Positions 39,074 through 49,481 of a DNA stretch of 64,000 nucleotides are shown here, piece after piece. Numbering within the stretch: position 1 is the first letter of the stretch; each line of letters opens with the position of its first letter. The position numbers and the translations under genes are program-made. Source of the DNA: an uncultured Planctomycetota bacterium. Lineage in GTDB: Bacteria; Planctomycetota; Planctomycetia; Isosphaerales; Isosphaeraceae. Below the pieces are notes generated by a model. The model worked only from the letters and a program-made list of their open reading frames with translations, had not been told where the DNA came from and ran no database searches. Location of the stretch: assembly GCA_963737655.1 (NCBI GenBank), contig CAVTTN010000002.1:3712001-3776000 (forward strand), given 5' to 3'.

Positions 39074-42000
39074 CTACTGCCCTGCCGGGTCCGCCGCGGC
39101 TGGGTCGGTCTTCGAATTCGCAAGGAACTCGATCACGTCGCGGAGCTCCCTCGGCGACAGGTTCTTGATCGTTTCGGGGGGCATCGCCGACGCACCGCGC
39201 CGGGTTTCGTCGATCTCCGTCCGGGGGATCGTCCGGAGCTTCCCCTCGGGGGTCATGAGCCGGATCGAATGATCATCCTGGCTCTTGACGATCCCGGCGA
39301 GCGTCTGGCCGTCCTTCGTGGCGACGATCAGCGTCTCGAATCCCTGGGCGATCTGCTTGTCGGGCAGGACGATCGATTCGAGAAGGTACGCGCGATCCTT
39401 CTTGCCGCCGATCCCGGTCAGGTCGGGGCCGACCTGCCCTCCCTGGCCGTCGATCGTGTGGCATCGGAGGCATTGCACCTCCGCCTTTTCGCGGAAGACC
39501 CTGCCACCCTTCGCCGGATCGCCCCCCACGAGGGCGTCGCGATAGGGGGCGAGCGGATCATCGGCCGCCTTCTTCGCGTCGTACTTCGCGAGGCCCGCCC
39601 TGATCGCCTCGTCCGACCTCTTCATCGCCGCTTCGATCAGGTCGAGCCGGGCCTCGGGCGGCACCTCTCCGGCGTTCAGCCTCTCGACCCATCGGGCGAG
39701 CAGCTTGTCGGCCTTTTCCCCCGGAATGGTACCTAGAGTGGCGAAGGCGCCTTGCTTCTCGGCGATCGGCCCGTGATCGAGGATACCGTGGATGGCGTCG
39801 ATCGCGGCATCGCGGTCGATTCCCGCCAGGGCACGAACGGCCTCGACGCGGACCGGCACCGACTCACTCTTCGCCGCCAGCTTGGAGACGTCCCCCAACT
39901 TTTCATCGCGGAGTGCGGCGAGGGCCCGGAGCGCCTCGACCCTCGCGTCGCTCGGCTGGGACGCATCGGCGACGACCGCCCGCAACGCCGGCCCGGCCCC
40001 GGTCAGCCCGAGCTTGCCGGCGGCCTCCGCGGCGGCCTTGCGGACCTTCTCCGGCGCCGTCCTCAGCAGACCATCGAGCGACGAGGCCAGGGCCGCGACG
40101 GCCGGGGCGCCCGGCCGTTCGGGCAAGGCCCGGGCGAGTCCCGAGATCGGATGTCGCGGGCTGGGCTTCGCCCACGAGGCGAGGAGATGCAGGGCCTCCA
40201 CGCGGATCGACTCGGGGACGTCGTTCCGGGACGCAATCGAGGTTAACGCCTTCGGATCGCCCGGCCCGCCGTTCCCCTCGCAGGCCCACAAGACACGCCT
40301 CCACAGCGGCTCCGACAGGTTCGAACGCCCCGAGAGGCTCGCCAGCCGGGGGACGAGGTCCCGGAAGGCCTCGGCGCCGTTCGTTTCGGCGATGCACCGG
40401 GCCGCTTCCAGGACGATGGCCGGGTCGGGATCATCCAGGAACCGCCCGACGTCCGCCCCCCTCGTCCATCGGCCCAGGACGAGGCAGACCGCCATCCGGA
40501 CGGCCGGGGAGTCGTCGCCGATCAGCCCTCGGATCGCAAAGAAGGCCTCCTTCGACCTCTGCCCGGCGAGCGCCCGGACCGCGGCGTGGCGGAAGTAGGG
40601 GTCGTTGCCGTCGGAAGTCCTCAGGAGTTCGGCCACCATGCCGACGACGTCCCCGCCGTGATTCCCGTTGATCAAATCCAGGGATTGCCCCCCGTGAATC
40701 CCCATCAACGCGAAGAAACGGACGCGGGGGCTGGGGTCCTTCAGGAGCGAAGCCAGCTCGGATTCGGTCAGGATGCGCTCCTCGGAAAACGCCTTCGCCG
40801 CCTGGGCCCGGATCTCGGCATCCTGGTCCTTCAACAGGGACCGGAGGGCCTCCATCCACTGTTTCCTCGCCCCGGGGAGGCGGCGGACGACCTGGCCGAT
40901 GCCCCAGATCGCGTGGAGTCGGGCGACTTGCGATTTTCCTTCGACGGCCGTCGAGCGGAACGCCTCGAAGGCGTCGCGGAACGTCATTTCTTCCTTCGGG
41001 CCGGCCTTCTTCTCGTAGGCCCGGTGGGCTGCGATCGCCCTCGACGCCAGGGCGAACTGGCTCTCTTGCCGGACCCTCATGTCCGGATGAGAGAGCAACT
41101 TCGCGAGGTCGCTCGTGGCCTTCCCGTCGAACCCTTCCGCGAACAGCGTCTTGACCTGGGCCACGATCGGGTCGGTCGCGGAGGCCGGGTCGGTCAGCTT
41201 CCAGATCCGGCCCTTGCCGGTCTTGTTCCAGCCTTCCACCCAGTCGCTCACGTAGAGCGATCCATCGAGGCCGAAATCGCAATCGGTGGCTTCCAGGCCC
41301 CAGAAGAACTCCTTGGAGTCGATCAGCTCGAACGCCGGCCCCTTCGGTCTCACGCCGAACGAGCGGACCCCGCTCGACCCGCTGCTCCCCCGGAAATCCG
41401 CCAGGAAGAAGCGGTTTCGCTGCTCCTTGCCGAGTCCCGTGCCGGGGTTGTAGACCAGGCCCGAGGGGCCGTCGCTGAGGTTGGCGATCGGCGGGAGGAT
41501 GTAAGCGGCCTGGCCGTCCCAGGCGGGATGCCACATCTTTTCCGAGTTCCAGATGCCCCGGCTGTTCGGCGATTCGATGTACTGATAGCCGATCCGCCAG
41601 CCGCTGTCGCCGCCCTCGACCACCCACACCAGCCGGGCGCGGTCGCCCCCGTCGGAGTTGTTGTCCACGGTGAAGAGGTCGCCGGTCTCGGTGAAGGCCA
41701 GCTCCTGCGGGTTCCTCAGGCCCGTGGCGATGATTTCCATCTTCGAGCCGTCGGGCTCGCACCGGAGGATCGAGCCGCTGTCGAGGTTCTCCAGACGATC
41801 GCCGTCGGCCGTGGTCACGTTCAGGCCGCGATCGCCGATCGAGAAATAGAGGCGGCCGTCGGGCCCGAACTTCAGGCCGTGGAGGTCGTGGCCGAGGAAC
41901 TGGACGTGGACCCCGAAGCCCGTTGCCAGGGATTTCTTCTCGTCCGCCTTGCCGTCGCCGTCGCGATCGCGGAGGAGCCACAGATCGGGAATACAGGTGA

Positions 42001-42532
42001 AATAGACGTCCCCTTTCCTCGCCAGGACGCCCGCTGCGAGTCCGTCGGCGGGGTCGTTGAAGCCGGTGGCGAACACGGAGTCGTGATCGGCCTTGCCGTC
42101 GCCGTCGCGGTCCTCGATCAGGCGGATTCGGTCGTGATCGACCCCATATCTCTGGAATTCCTTCGCGCTCAGATATTTCTTGTACATGGCCACGCGATCG
42201 GCGACGGTCCGCGTCGCCAGGTCGGCGTCGAGCCAGTTCATGTGATTGCGGGTATCGGTCACGCCGTCGTGGAGCCGGAACGTCTCGACGACGTAGAACC
42301 GGCCTTTCTCGTCGATCGAGAACGCCACGGGATTCGCGACCATCGGCTCGGCGGCGAACGGAGAGACCGTCATCCCTCTCGGGACGCGGAATGCTTTCAT
42401 CGCCTGCGAAGGCTCCTCGGTCGCCTTGACCACCTGGGGCTTGTACGACTCATCCTGGGCCGGGGCGAGCGGGCCAGACGCAAGGGCGGCCACCGCCGCG
42501 ACGGCGTGAACGAGGCAAGACATTCGGGGCAT
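39074..42532 (-). CDS. PVC-type heme-binding CxxCH protein (dehydrogenase-like propeller + HEAT repeats + cytochrome c)
   Basis: Signal peptide; FAAEPMVANP, D.DGDGKAD, GLRNP; HEAT repeats; QCLRCH, GPDLT, SAMP; TATAAT at 42583-42588 (minus). Confidence 0.92.
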   Translation of the reverse strand: MPRMSCLVHAVAAVAALASGPLAPAQDESYKPQVVKATEEPSQAMKAFRVPRGMTVSPFAAEPMVANPVAFSIDEKGRFYVVETFRLHDGVTDTRNHMNWLDADLATRTVADRVAMYKKYLSAKEFQRYGVDHDRIRLIEDRDGDGKADHDSVFATGFNDPADGLAAGVLARKGDVYFTCIPDLWLLRDRDGDGKADEKKSLATGFGVHVQFLGHDLHGLKFGPDGRLYFSIGDRGLNVTTADGDRLENLDSGSILRCEPDGSKMEIIATGLRNPQELAFTETGDLFTVDNNSDGGDRARLVWVVEGGDSGWRIGYQYIESPNSRGIWNSEKMWHPAWDGQAAYILPPIANLSDGPSGLVYNPGTGLGKEQRNRFFLADFRGSSGSSGVRSFGVRPKGPAFELIDSKEFFWGLEATDCDFGLDGSLYVSDWVEGWNKTGKGRIWKLTDPASATDPIVAQVKTLFAEGFDGKATSDLAKLLSHPDMRVRQESQFALASRAIAAHRAYEKKAGPKEEMTFRDAFEAFRSTAVEGKSQVARLHAIWGIGQVVRRLPGARKQWMEALRSLLKDQDAEIRAQAAKAFSEERILTESELASLLKDPSPRVRFFALMGIHGGQSLDLINGNHGGDVVGMVAELLRTSDGNDPYFRHAAVRALAGQRSKEAFFAIRGLIGDDSPAVRMAVCLVLGRWTRGADVGRFLDDPDPAIVLEAARCIAETNGAEAFRDLVPRLASLSGRSNLSEPLWRRVLWACEGNGGPGDPKALTSIASRNDVPESIRVEALHLLASWAKPSPRHPISGLARALPERPGAPAVAALASSLDGLLRTAPEKVRKAAAEAAGKLGLTGAGPALRAVVADASQPSDARVEALRALAALRDEKLGDVSKLAAKSESVPVRVEAVRALAGIDRDAAIDAIHGILDHGPIAEKQGAFATLGTIPGEKADKLLARWVERLNAGEVPPEARLDLIEAAMKRSDEAIRAGLAKYDAKKAADDPLAPYRDALVGGDPAKGGRVFREKAEVQCLRCHTIDGQGGQVGPDLTGIGGKKDRAYLLESIVLPDKQIAQGFETLIVATKDGQTLAGIVKSQDDHSIRLMTPEGKLRTIPRTEIDETRRGASAMPPETIKNLSPRELRDVIEFLANSKTDPAAADPAGQ

Positions 42533-42583
42533 GGGACGGGCTCGGCAAGGGCCATCGGGCGGAGTTGCGGATGGGCGTCCCGA

Positions 42584-43117
42584 TTATAGTCGCCCTGATG
42601 TCGGGTCGGGTATATCCGGCGGACCTGGCTGAGTTGTGCCCGTATCCTCTCCGCGAAACAGGGTACTCCGCCAGGTCGATGTGATCTGGAGAAACAAACC
42701 CCAGAGGAAGCTCGAGGCGCCGGCCACGAGAATCCCTACCTTCCACGACTCATTCCACTCGTAGCCCGCACCGCTGATGAGCGAACCTCCCTCGCCCACC
42801 ATCACGGTCGAGAAGACGTTGCTCGCCAAGGCCGAGCCGAAAGCTTCCCGCAGGTCCGCATGTCGAGGCCGGAGCCGGTCGAGTTCGCCGCGGAGATCCC
42901 GGTTTTCGTCCCGCAAGCGATCGCGATCTCGGCCAATGTCCTCGATATGGAGGGCGACCGATGCCGCGTGCCTGTCGGACGGGCTAGGTCGACCGGGGAG
43001 GCGTCCCTGGGTTCTCAACTCCTTGGCCGTAAAAGGATCGGCCGACTCGGACCGGGGAATGCCCACGTCGGCGATTCGGTCCACCTCGACCGGAGGCAGT
43101 TCCTCCGCCTCATTCAT
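42584..43117 (-). CDS. Hypothetical coiled-coil + 2-TM protein, candidate toxin of the Panacea TA pair
   Basis: ATGA overlap with the DUF4065 stop; DRDRLRDENRDLRGELDRL coiled coil, then two hydrophobic segments. Confidence 0.65.
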   Translation of the reverse strand: MNEAEELPPVEVDRIADVGIPRSESADPFTAKELRTQGRLPGRPSPSDRHAASVALHIEDIGRDRDRLRDENRDLRGELDRLRPRHADLREAFGSALASNVFSTVMVGEGGSLISGAGYEWNESWKVGILVAGASSFLWGLFLQITSTWRSTLFRGEDTGTTQPGPPDIPDPTSGRL

Positions 43118-43647
43118 CCGACCGCCTTCGGCTTGGCGAGCGAGCGGAAATATTCGCGAATCGAGGCCGTCGGGATGTCCGTCCCCTTCGGGATGTCGCC
43201 GCCATACTCGCAATAGACCTGGTGCCAGGGAGTGCCGGGCTGGTGGGTTGCGTTGGCGAGTCGGATCGCCGAGTATTTGCCGTAGATCTCCCAGACACGG
43301 TCGAGAAATAGACGAAGCGATTCGGATTCCTCGGGGCGAAACCCGACCGGTAGGACGGTTCGATCGGTCTCCGATCGGTCCACGGACTCCATTGTGGTTG
43401 GCAGCGACGCGGTTTCCGAAATCGGGCCATTGCCGAACCGGCGAAAGGCTCGATGGAGAGAAGGAATCACCGGGCCAAATGCCCAGGCCTCAACCTGCTC
43501 GTGGATCAGGGGCCTTCCGGTGAGCGCTAACCACCACCCGTGAGCAAAAGAGACGAGCTTCTGGAGTTTCATGGGCGACAACGACACCCCATCCCCTCGG
43601 GCGCGTGACAGGAAATCATTCGCGATCGCTTTCGGGTCGTAGCTCAT
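43114..43647 (-). CDS. panA: Panacea/SocA (DUF4065, GepA-like) antitoxin
   Basis: AIAN.FL, PMKLQKLV.FAHG, EAWAFGPVIPSL, YGKYSA..L...TH..GTPW, I....IREYF; strong AAGGAGGGAGG RBS. Confidence 0.88.
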   Translation of the reverse strand: MSYDPKAIANDFLSRARGDGVSLSPMKLQKLVSFAHGWWLALTGRPLIHEQVEAWAFGPVIPSLHRAFRRFGNGPISETASLPTTMESVDRSETDRTVLPVGFRPEESESLRLFLDRVWEIYGKYSAIRLANATHQPGTPWHQVYCEYGGDIPKGTDIPTASIREYFRSLAKPKAVG

Positions 43648-43738
43648 CAGGGAACCTCCCTCCTTGAAAATTCCCACTTTACGAGAGTGCCGAGACGACG
43701 GGAAGAAGAGACCGATACCGAGCTGGATCGGTCGGTGA

Positions 43739-44941
43739 TTAGTTCGCCGCGTCCCGACGCCCTTCCGCTTCGTATCCATACTTCGCGATCACGGCGCGGC
43801 ACCGCGCCTCGATCTCTCGCCGTTTTTCGGCCGAGAGCTCGTACCGATTCGTGGCGTAATCCGCCTGCTCGGCGAAGTACGCTTCCAGGGCGGGGCGGAC
43901 GGCCTCGAAGCCGCCGAGGTCGAGGCCCTCGTACAATCGGCGCATCTCGCCGAGCGGGTCGGCCACGAGGTCCTCGTACCTGATCTCGTGGAATCGCGAC
44001 GGGTCGATCCCACGCTTGCCTTCCTCGACCTTCTCGTAGAGGTGATCGAACGTCCGGAAGACCGTCTCCTCAAGGCCGACGAATTTCGGCCTCTGGAGGC
44101 CGTGCGCCGTGTACAGCGTCTTCCAGAGATGGACCGTCGAGGGGATGACGACCCTCGGGTCCCGGACGATGTGGACGAACCTCGCGTCGGGGAACATTTC
44201 CAGGAGCGTCTTGATCCGACAGGAATGCGTGGGCGACTTCAGCACCAGCCGCTTGGGACGGCGGAAGGTGACTCTCTGGAGGAATCCGAGAAACGTCCGC
44301 TTCCACGACTCGACGGCCCGGGGCGACAGGCCGTCGAGGTCGAGATACTTGCCGTCCTGGGGGGGGCGGTTCGGGAAGGCGATCGTCAGGTACGGCGAGG
44401 GCTGGCCCATCATGCAGAGGGCGAATTCGTCTTCCTGGGGCCGGTCCCAGCCCGAGGCCATGTTGTCCATCGGCCTCCGCGAGGGCATCAGGAAGCCGGC
44501 CCAGCGGCGGAAGAAATCCTCGGTCAGGAGGAAGTGGTTCGGGTCCAGGCATTCATAGGTGGTCGGATAGGTATGTCGCGAATCGAGGGCGAGGAGCTCG
44601 TGGAGCCAGGTCGTGCCGGTCCGCCAGTGGCCGATGATGAAGAGGGGCGCCTCGCGGATCGCGGTCCTGGCGATCCTCCGGCCGAAGACGGCCCGCTCGA
44701 CGAGCTTCAACAGCGAGTGGCCGAGGCTCACGACCGTGATCACCACGGCCATGTACGAATGGCTCCACGACAGGGCCAGGCGGTTGCGGACGGCCAGGCG
44801 GAGCCACGCGAAGAAGTCCAGGCCCTGCCAGATCCTCGGGGCCCACTCCCTCTTCGTCGCCGCCTTGCGCGATCCGGCCCCCGGGGACAACGTCGCCGAG
44901 AGCGGCTCCTCCGCCACCGTCGCGAGTCGCGGCCCCGCCAT
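43739..44941 (-). CDS. PAPS-dependent sulfotransferase (Stf3-like)
   Basis: FIIGHWRTGTT PSB loop, RPMDNM, PQEDEF, LKSPTH, HIVRDP, RYEDLVADP. Confidence 0.9.
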   Translation of the reverse strand: MAGPRLATVAEEPLSATLSPGAGSRKAATKREWAPRIWQGLDFFAWLRLAVRNRLALSWSHSYMAVVITVVSLGHSLLKLVERAVFGRRIARTAIREAPLFIIGHWRTGTTWLHELLALDSRHTYPTTYECLDPNHFLLTEDFFRRWAGFLMPSRRPMDNMASGWDRPQEDEFALCMMGQPSPYLTIAFPNRPPQDGKYLDLDGLSPRAVESWKRTFLGFLQRVTFRRPKRLVLKSPTHSCRIKTLLEMFPDARFVHIVRDPRVVIPSTVHLWKTLYTAHGLQRPKFVGLEETVFRTFDHLYEKVEEGKRGIDPSRFHEIRYEDLVADPLGEMRRLYEGLDLGGFEAVRPALEAYFAEQADYATNRYELSAEKRREIEARCRAVIAKYGYEAEGRRDAAN

Positions 44942-45156
44942 GTTCCCTCCCCCGATCGCCGATCGCGAAACCGGACCCAGGTTGCCCATCTTCTCGAATT
45001 GTATCATGAGATTGCCGGAAAAGTCGCCAGAGGGATCCGGAGCCCGCATTCTTCCGATTGCATCTCACGAGCCGTCCGAACCGATTGCTCGCCCGCGAGC
45101 CGCGCCTCTACAATGGTTGCGTGGAGGCCGCGTCGGAACTCGTCGCGCGGGGATCG

Positions 45157-46550
45157 ATGAAGCACCGCCTTTCCTGGACGATCCGCCACCGGATCACCGC
45201 CCCGTTCCTCACGCTGATCGTCGGCATGGTCGTCGTCACGGGCGTGGCCAGCGATCGGTGGGCGGCCTCCCGGCGCGGAGGGCCTCTCTGGAGCACGGCC
45301 GCGGGGTGGCCGAGACCCTGGAACGCTCGCGATTCCCGCTGACCGACGGCGTCCTCCGCCAGTTGAAGGGGCTGGGGGGGGCCGAATTCCTCCTGATCGG
45401 GCCGGGCGGGCGGGTCGAGGCCAGCACGCTGGCCGACGTCGAGCCCGGCTCGACGGACCCCCTGGGAAACCGGCCGATCTCGGGCCGATCGTGGAACCAT
45501 TCGGGCACCGAATACTGGGTCGAATCGGTGGCCCGGACCCTCCCGCCCGATCCTGGCCGCCTCCTGGTGCTCACCCCCGAATCGACGCTCCGGGCCGCCG
45601 CGTGGGAGGCGCGTCGCGGGGTCCTGATCCTCACGGCGCTCGGCGCCGGGCTGGCGGTGATGGTGGGCTCGTGGATCGGCGGGACGCTCTCGCGACCTCT
45701 GTCGGCGATCCTGGGCGCGATCCGCGAGGTCGGCCGCGGCAACCTCGAACCCGGGGGCCTGCCGACGGGTCGAGGCGACGAGATCGGCGAGCTGGCCGAC
45801 GGCGTGGACCAGATGGCCCGATGGCTCCGCCGCCTCCAGGCCGATCGGGCGAGGACCGAACGGCTCCGCCTGATCCGCCAGGTCTCCGCCGGCCTCGCCC
45901 ACGAGATCCGCAACCCGCTGACGGCCGCGAGGATGACCCTGCAACTCTTCATCGAGCGCAACGGCGACCGCGATTCCGAGCCCCTGCGGATCGCCCTGAG
46001 CGAGCTTGAACGGACCGAGAGGCAAATCCGCCGGTTCCTCCAACTGACCCGACCCGACCCGCCCCGGTTCGAGCCGAGCGACCTCGACGCCCTCCTCGTC
46101 CGCTGCGCCTCGGGGATCTCGGCGACGGCCGAGCATCGCGGGATCGGCCTGGAGGTCGCCCTCGAACCGGGATTGCCGCCCGCCTCGATCGACGCCGAAC
46201 AGATCGGCCAGGTCGTGACGAACCTGCTCGCCAACGCCATCGACGCCGCCGGGCCCGGCGGCCACGTCCGACTCTCGGCCTCGATCGGCCCCGACGGCGG
46301 TCCCCGGATCATGGTCGAGGACGACGGCCCCGGGGTCGATCCCGAGTCCGAGCCCCGGCTCTTCTCGGCGTTCCACTCGACGAAGCCCGAAGGGGTCGGG
46401 CTCGGCCTGGCCCTGGCCCGGGCCCTGGTCGGCGAGCATGGCGGGACGCTTCATTATGAAAGAATCGACGGCCGGACGCGATTCCAGGTGGCCCTCCCCT
46501 CGGGATGCGTGGGGACCGAAGCCCCCGGGCTCGTCGGCCTGGCGGTTTGA
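45157..46550 (+). pseudogene. HAMP sensor histidine kinase, single-base frameshift near 45270
   Basis: TM1 (MKHRLSWTIRHRITAPFL..) in one frame; TM2, HAMP (DEIGELA), AHEIRNPL, NLLANAIDA, DDGPG, GVGLGL in another; one extra G joins them (WAASRARRASLE). Confidence 0.85.
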
Positions 46551-46573
46551 GACCGAAGGAAGAGGATCGCGCG

Positions 46574-47974
46574 ATGGCCCACGTCCTGGTGGTCGATGAT
46601 GAGCCGAGCATCTGCTGGGCGTTTCGCAACTTCCTCGGCGACGACGGCCACCGAGTGACCGTCGCCTCGACGGCCGAGAAGGCGATCGAGAGCCAGGCCG
46701 CCGACCCCCCGGACGTGATGCTCCTGGATGTACGCCTGCCGGGGATGGACGGGATCACGGCCCTCGACGTTCTCCGAAGAGGCGGCTCCGCGTTCCCCGT
46801 GATCGTGATGACGGCCCACGGCGACGTTTCCACGGCCGTCGGGGCGGTCCGCGCCGGGGCCTTCGACTACTTGCCCAAGCCGTTCGACCTGGCCGATGCC
46901 CGTCGGATGATCGCGCGCGCCCTGCAGACCTCGAAGCCCTCGGAATCCGCGGCGCCGATCGCCTCGTTGCGGGGCGAACCCGGCGAGCCGATCGGCCGGG
47001 GTCCGGCGATGCAGTCGGTCTTCAAGAAGGTGGCGATGGCGGCGGCCTGCGACGAGCCGGTCCTGATCACCGGAGAGAGCGGGACCGGCAAGGAGCTGGT
47101 CGCCCGGTCGATCCATCGCCATTCGGACCGATCGAAAGGGCCGTTCGTCGCCGTCCATCTCGCCGCCATGCCCGAGGGCCTGGTCGAGCGCGAGCTGTTC
47201 GGCCACGAGAAAGGCGCGTTCACCGGGGCGGACGCGTCGAGGAGCGGCCTGCTCGACCTCGCGGCCGGCGGCACGATCCTCTTCGACGAGGTCGCCGAGG
47301 CGCCCCTGGGCATCCAGGCGAAGCTGTTGCGGGTCCTCGACGGAGGCGGCTATCGACCCGTCGGCGGAGGGGCCGAGAGGACGCTCCGGGCCCGGGTGAT
47401 CGCCGCCACGAATCGCGACCTGGCGGATTGGGTCCGCACCGGCGCCTTCCGCGCCGACCTATACTATCGAATGGCCGTCCTGCCGATCCCCCTCCCTCCG
47501 CTTCGCGATCGGCCCGAGGACATCGCCGAGCTCTGGGGCCATTTCCTCGGCCGATTGCGGCCGGGGGCCGACGCCGGACTCGACCGGGAGTCGGCCGTCG
47601 GCCGGATCGTCCTGGCCCACGACTGGCCGGGAAACGTCCGCGAGCTCCGGAACGTCGCCGAACACGCCGCCCGGGCCAGTCGGGGCGCGCCGATCCACCC
47701 CGAACACCTTCCCGCCACGCTCCTGGCCGCCCCGAGCCGCCCCAGCGACCTGGACGCCGCGATTGAACGCTGGGTCCGCTCTCGACCCGCCGGCGACGAG
47801 CCCGGCACCCTTCATGACGAGTTCATCGCGGCCGTCGAAGCACCACTTCTCCGAGAGATCCGGGCCTGGGCCGGAGGCAATCAGGCCCGGATGGCCCGCC
47901 GCCTCGGCCTCCACCGGACCACCCTCCGCCAGAAGCTCCGCCAGCTCGGCCTGGAACCGAGCGGCGAGTCGTGA
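46574..47974 (+). CDS. Sigma54-dependent response regulator (NtrC family)
   Basis: VVDDE/D receiver, GESGTGKE, ELFGHEKGAFTGA, FRADLYYR, WPGNVREL, Fis-type HTH. Confidence 0.94.
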   Translation: MAHVLVVDDEPSICWAFRNFLGDDGHRVTVASTAEKAIESQAADPPDVMLLDVRLPGMDGITALDVLRRGGSAFPVIVMTAHGDVSTAVGAVRAGAFDYLPKPFDLADARRMIARALQTSKPSESAAPIASLRGEPGEPIGRGPAMQSVFKKVAMAAACDEPVLITGESGTGKELVARSIHRHSDRSKGPFVAVHLAAMPEGLVERELFGHEKGAFTGADASRSGLLDLAAGGTILFDEVAEAPLGIQAKLLRVLDGGGYRPVGGGAERTLRARVIAATNRDLADWVRTGAFRADLYYRMAVLPIPLPPLRDRPEDIAELWGHFLGRLRPGADAGLDRESAVGRIVLAHDWPGNVRELRNVAEHAARASRGAPIHPEHLPATLLAAPSRPSDLDAAIERWVRSRPAGDEPGTLHDEFIAAVEAPLLREIRAWAGGNQARMARRLGLHRTTLRQKLRQLGLEPSGES

Positions 47975-48018
47975 GGTGTTCGTCCGGGGGCATGCGGGAG
48001 AATGGGTGTCAGATCCGC
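47975..48018. repeat. Left arm of a ~45-bp inverted repeat flanking a 2-kb insert
   Basis: Reverse complement gcggatctgacacccattctcccgcatgcccccggacgaacacc matches 50028-50077. Confidence 0.7.
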
Positions 48019-48285
48019 TCCGTCGAAACCGTCCGTTTTCGGCCCCGTCGAAGGACTTCGCGAGCTCGCAAAGCCGGGAAAAAAAGGGCGTCAATGCATC
48101 GAAGTTCGCCGATACCACCCAAAACCGAACCGTTTCGATCGAGCGCTCCCGACCCTGTTCTTCGCCCGATATGAATCAGCGAGACCTGGCACCTGAGATC
48201 AAACCAAAATGACCTGAACTCCAACGGATGCCGATGAGCTACATTCAGTCCGGTGGGCCATAGACTTTTGGGGAAGGTCCACATC

Positions 48286-49452
48286 ATGGAACGAGCGATC
48301 CATTCGCCGGGATGGAAGAGATCAAATCCCTTCATGATGGCCATCGTTGTTGCCTCGGTCTTCTGGTTCGAGACGGCACCAACCCCGGCGGACGAACCGA
48401 CGAAATTGACCGTCGTCCGGGCCGCGGTCAACTGCTTCGCCTACTCGCGGGATGGACGCTCGATCTTCGTCGGAGATGCGCTCGGCGGTCTCGCGAGCTT
48501 TGACGTCTCCACCGGTCGCCGGACGGAACTCCGCCAGGTCTCCGGGCAGCGAGGCCTTGTGGCATCGATCGATTCGCTCGCGGCCTCCCCGGACGGGAAG
48601 TCGATCGCCTTCGGTTGGTCCTCATCCGTCGATGAAGGTCTTTCTCGGGGCGCGCTGAAGACCTCGGCGATTACTCTCTGGGACATTGAGGGACGTCGCG
48701 TCCGATACGAGCTCGACACCGAGAAAAAGATCGTGCGTTCTCTGGACTTCTCGCCCGACGGGCGCGTCCTGGCGTGCGCGATGCACGGCGTCACGTCACT
48801 CCGCGAGGCGTCCACCGGGCGGGAGACCGGGCAACTCGTCGACACGGCCCCGCCGGGCCGATCGATCTTCGTCCGGGACGTGCGGTACTCCGCCGATGGC
48901 CGATACCTCGGTGTCCGCGAACCGTATTTCCGAGAGGAGCATGAGCCTTCCATCACTGGGGGACAAATCGTCGTGCGTGACGCGGCCGATCGCCGGATCA
49001 TTTCCAGGGTACCCATCGAGGGCAGCGGCTTGAAAGGATTCGCGTTCGCGCCCGATGGGAAGTCGATGGCCTGCGGATGGGATGATGTCGATGAGAACAA
49101 GGCTGGCATCCTTCATCTCTCGACAACCGACGGACGGCTCCTGAAGCGATTCGATGGCCCCAAGTTCTCGATCAGGTCGATCGCCTTTTCGCCCGACGGT
49201 AGGCTGCTGGTAGGCGGCGGAGGCGACGGAATCCTCTGGGCTTGGAGCCTGCCCGACGGGAAGCAGATCGCCGGTCCGGAGCCCCTCCTCAGGGGGATTG
49301 ACGCGATCACGTTTTCCCCCGACGGCCGATTCCTGGCGGCGGCTGCGTCGAACATGCAAATCCCCTTGAGGCCAAATGATATCGATTTCAAGCTCTGGAT
49401 CTATGCGGTCAAGGAATTCCGGCGTTCCAAACCGGGAGAAAAGGACCACTGA
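48286..49452 (+). CDS. Secreted WD40-repeat protein (single propeller); start may be 48334
   Basis: Hydrophobic leader; repeated (F/Y)S(P/A)DG..(L/I)A units; codon usage less GC-biased than the flanks. Confidence 0.8.
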   Translation: MERAIHSPGWKRSNPFMMAIVVASVFWFETAPTPADEPTKLTVVRAAVNCFAYSRDGRSIFVGDALGGLASFDVSTGRRTELRQVSGQRGLVASIDSLAASPDGKSIAFGWSSSVDEGLSRGALKTSAITLWDIEGRRVRYELDTEKKIVRSLDFSPDGRVLACAMHGVTSLREASTGRETGQLVDTAPPGRSIFVRDVRYSADGRYLGVREPYFREEHEPSITGGQIVVRDAADRRIISRVPIEGSGLKGFAFAPDGKSMACGWDDVDENKAGILHLSTTDGRLLKRFDGPKFSIRSIAFSPDGRLLVGGGGDGILWAWSLPDGKQIAGPEPLLRGIDAITFSPDGRFLAAAASNMQIPLRPNDIDFKLWIYAVKEFRRSKPGEKDH

Positions 49453-49481
49453 GAAACGGCGACATCACATCATCTTGTCGC

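Noticed and set aside
48186..48203. TGGCAC as a sigma54 promoter for the WD40 gene
   Set aside because: No GC at the -12 position (TGGCAC-CTGAG-ATCA).
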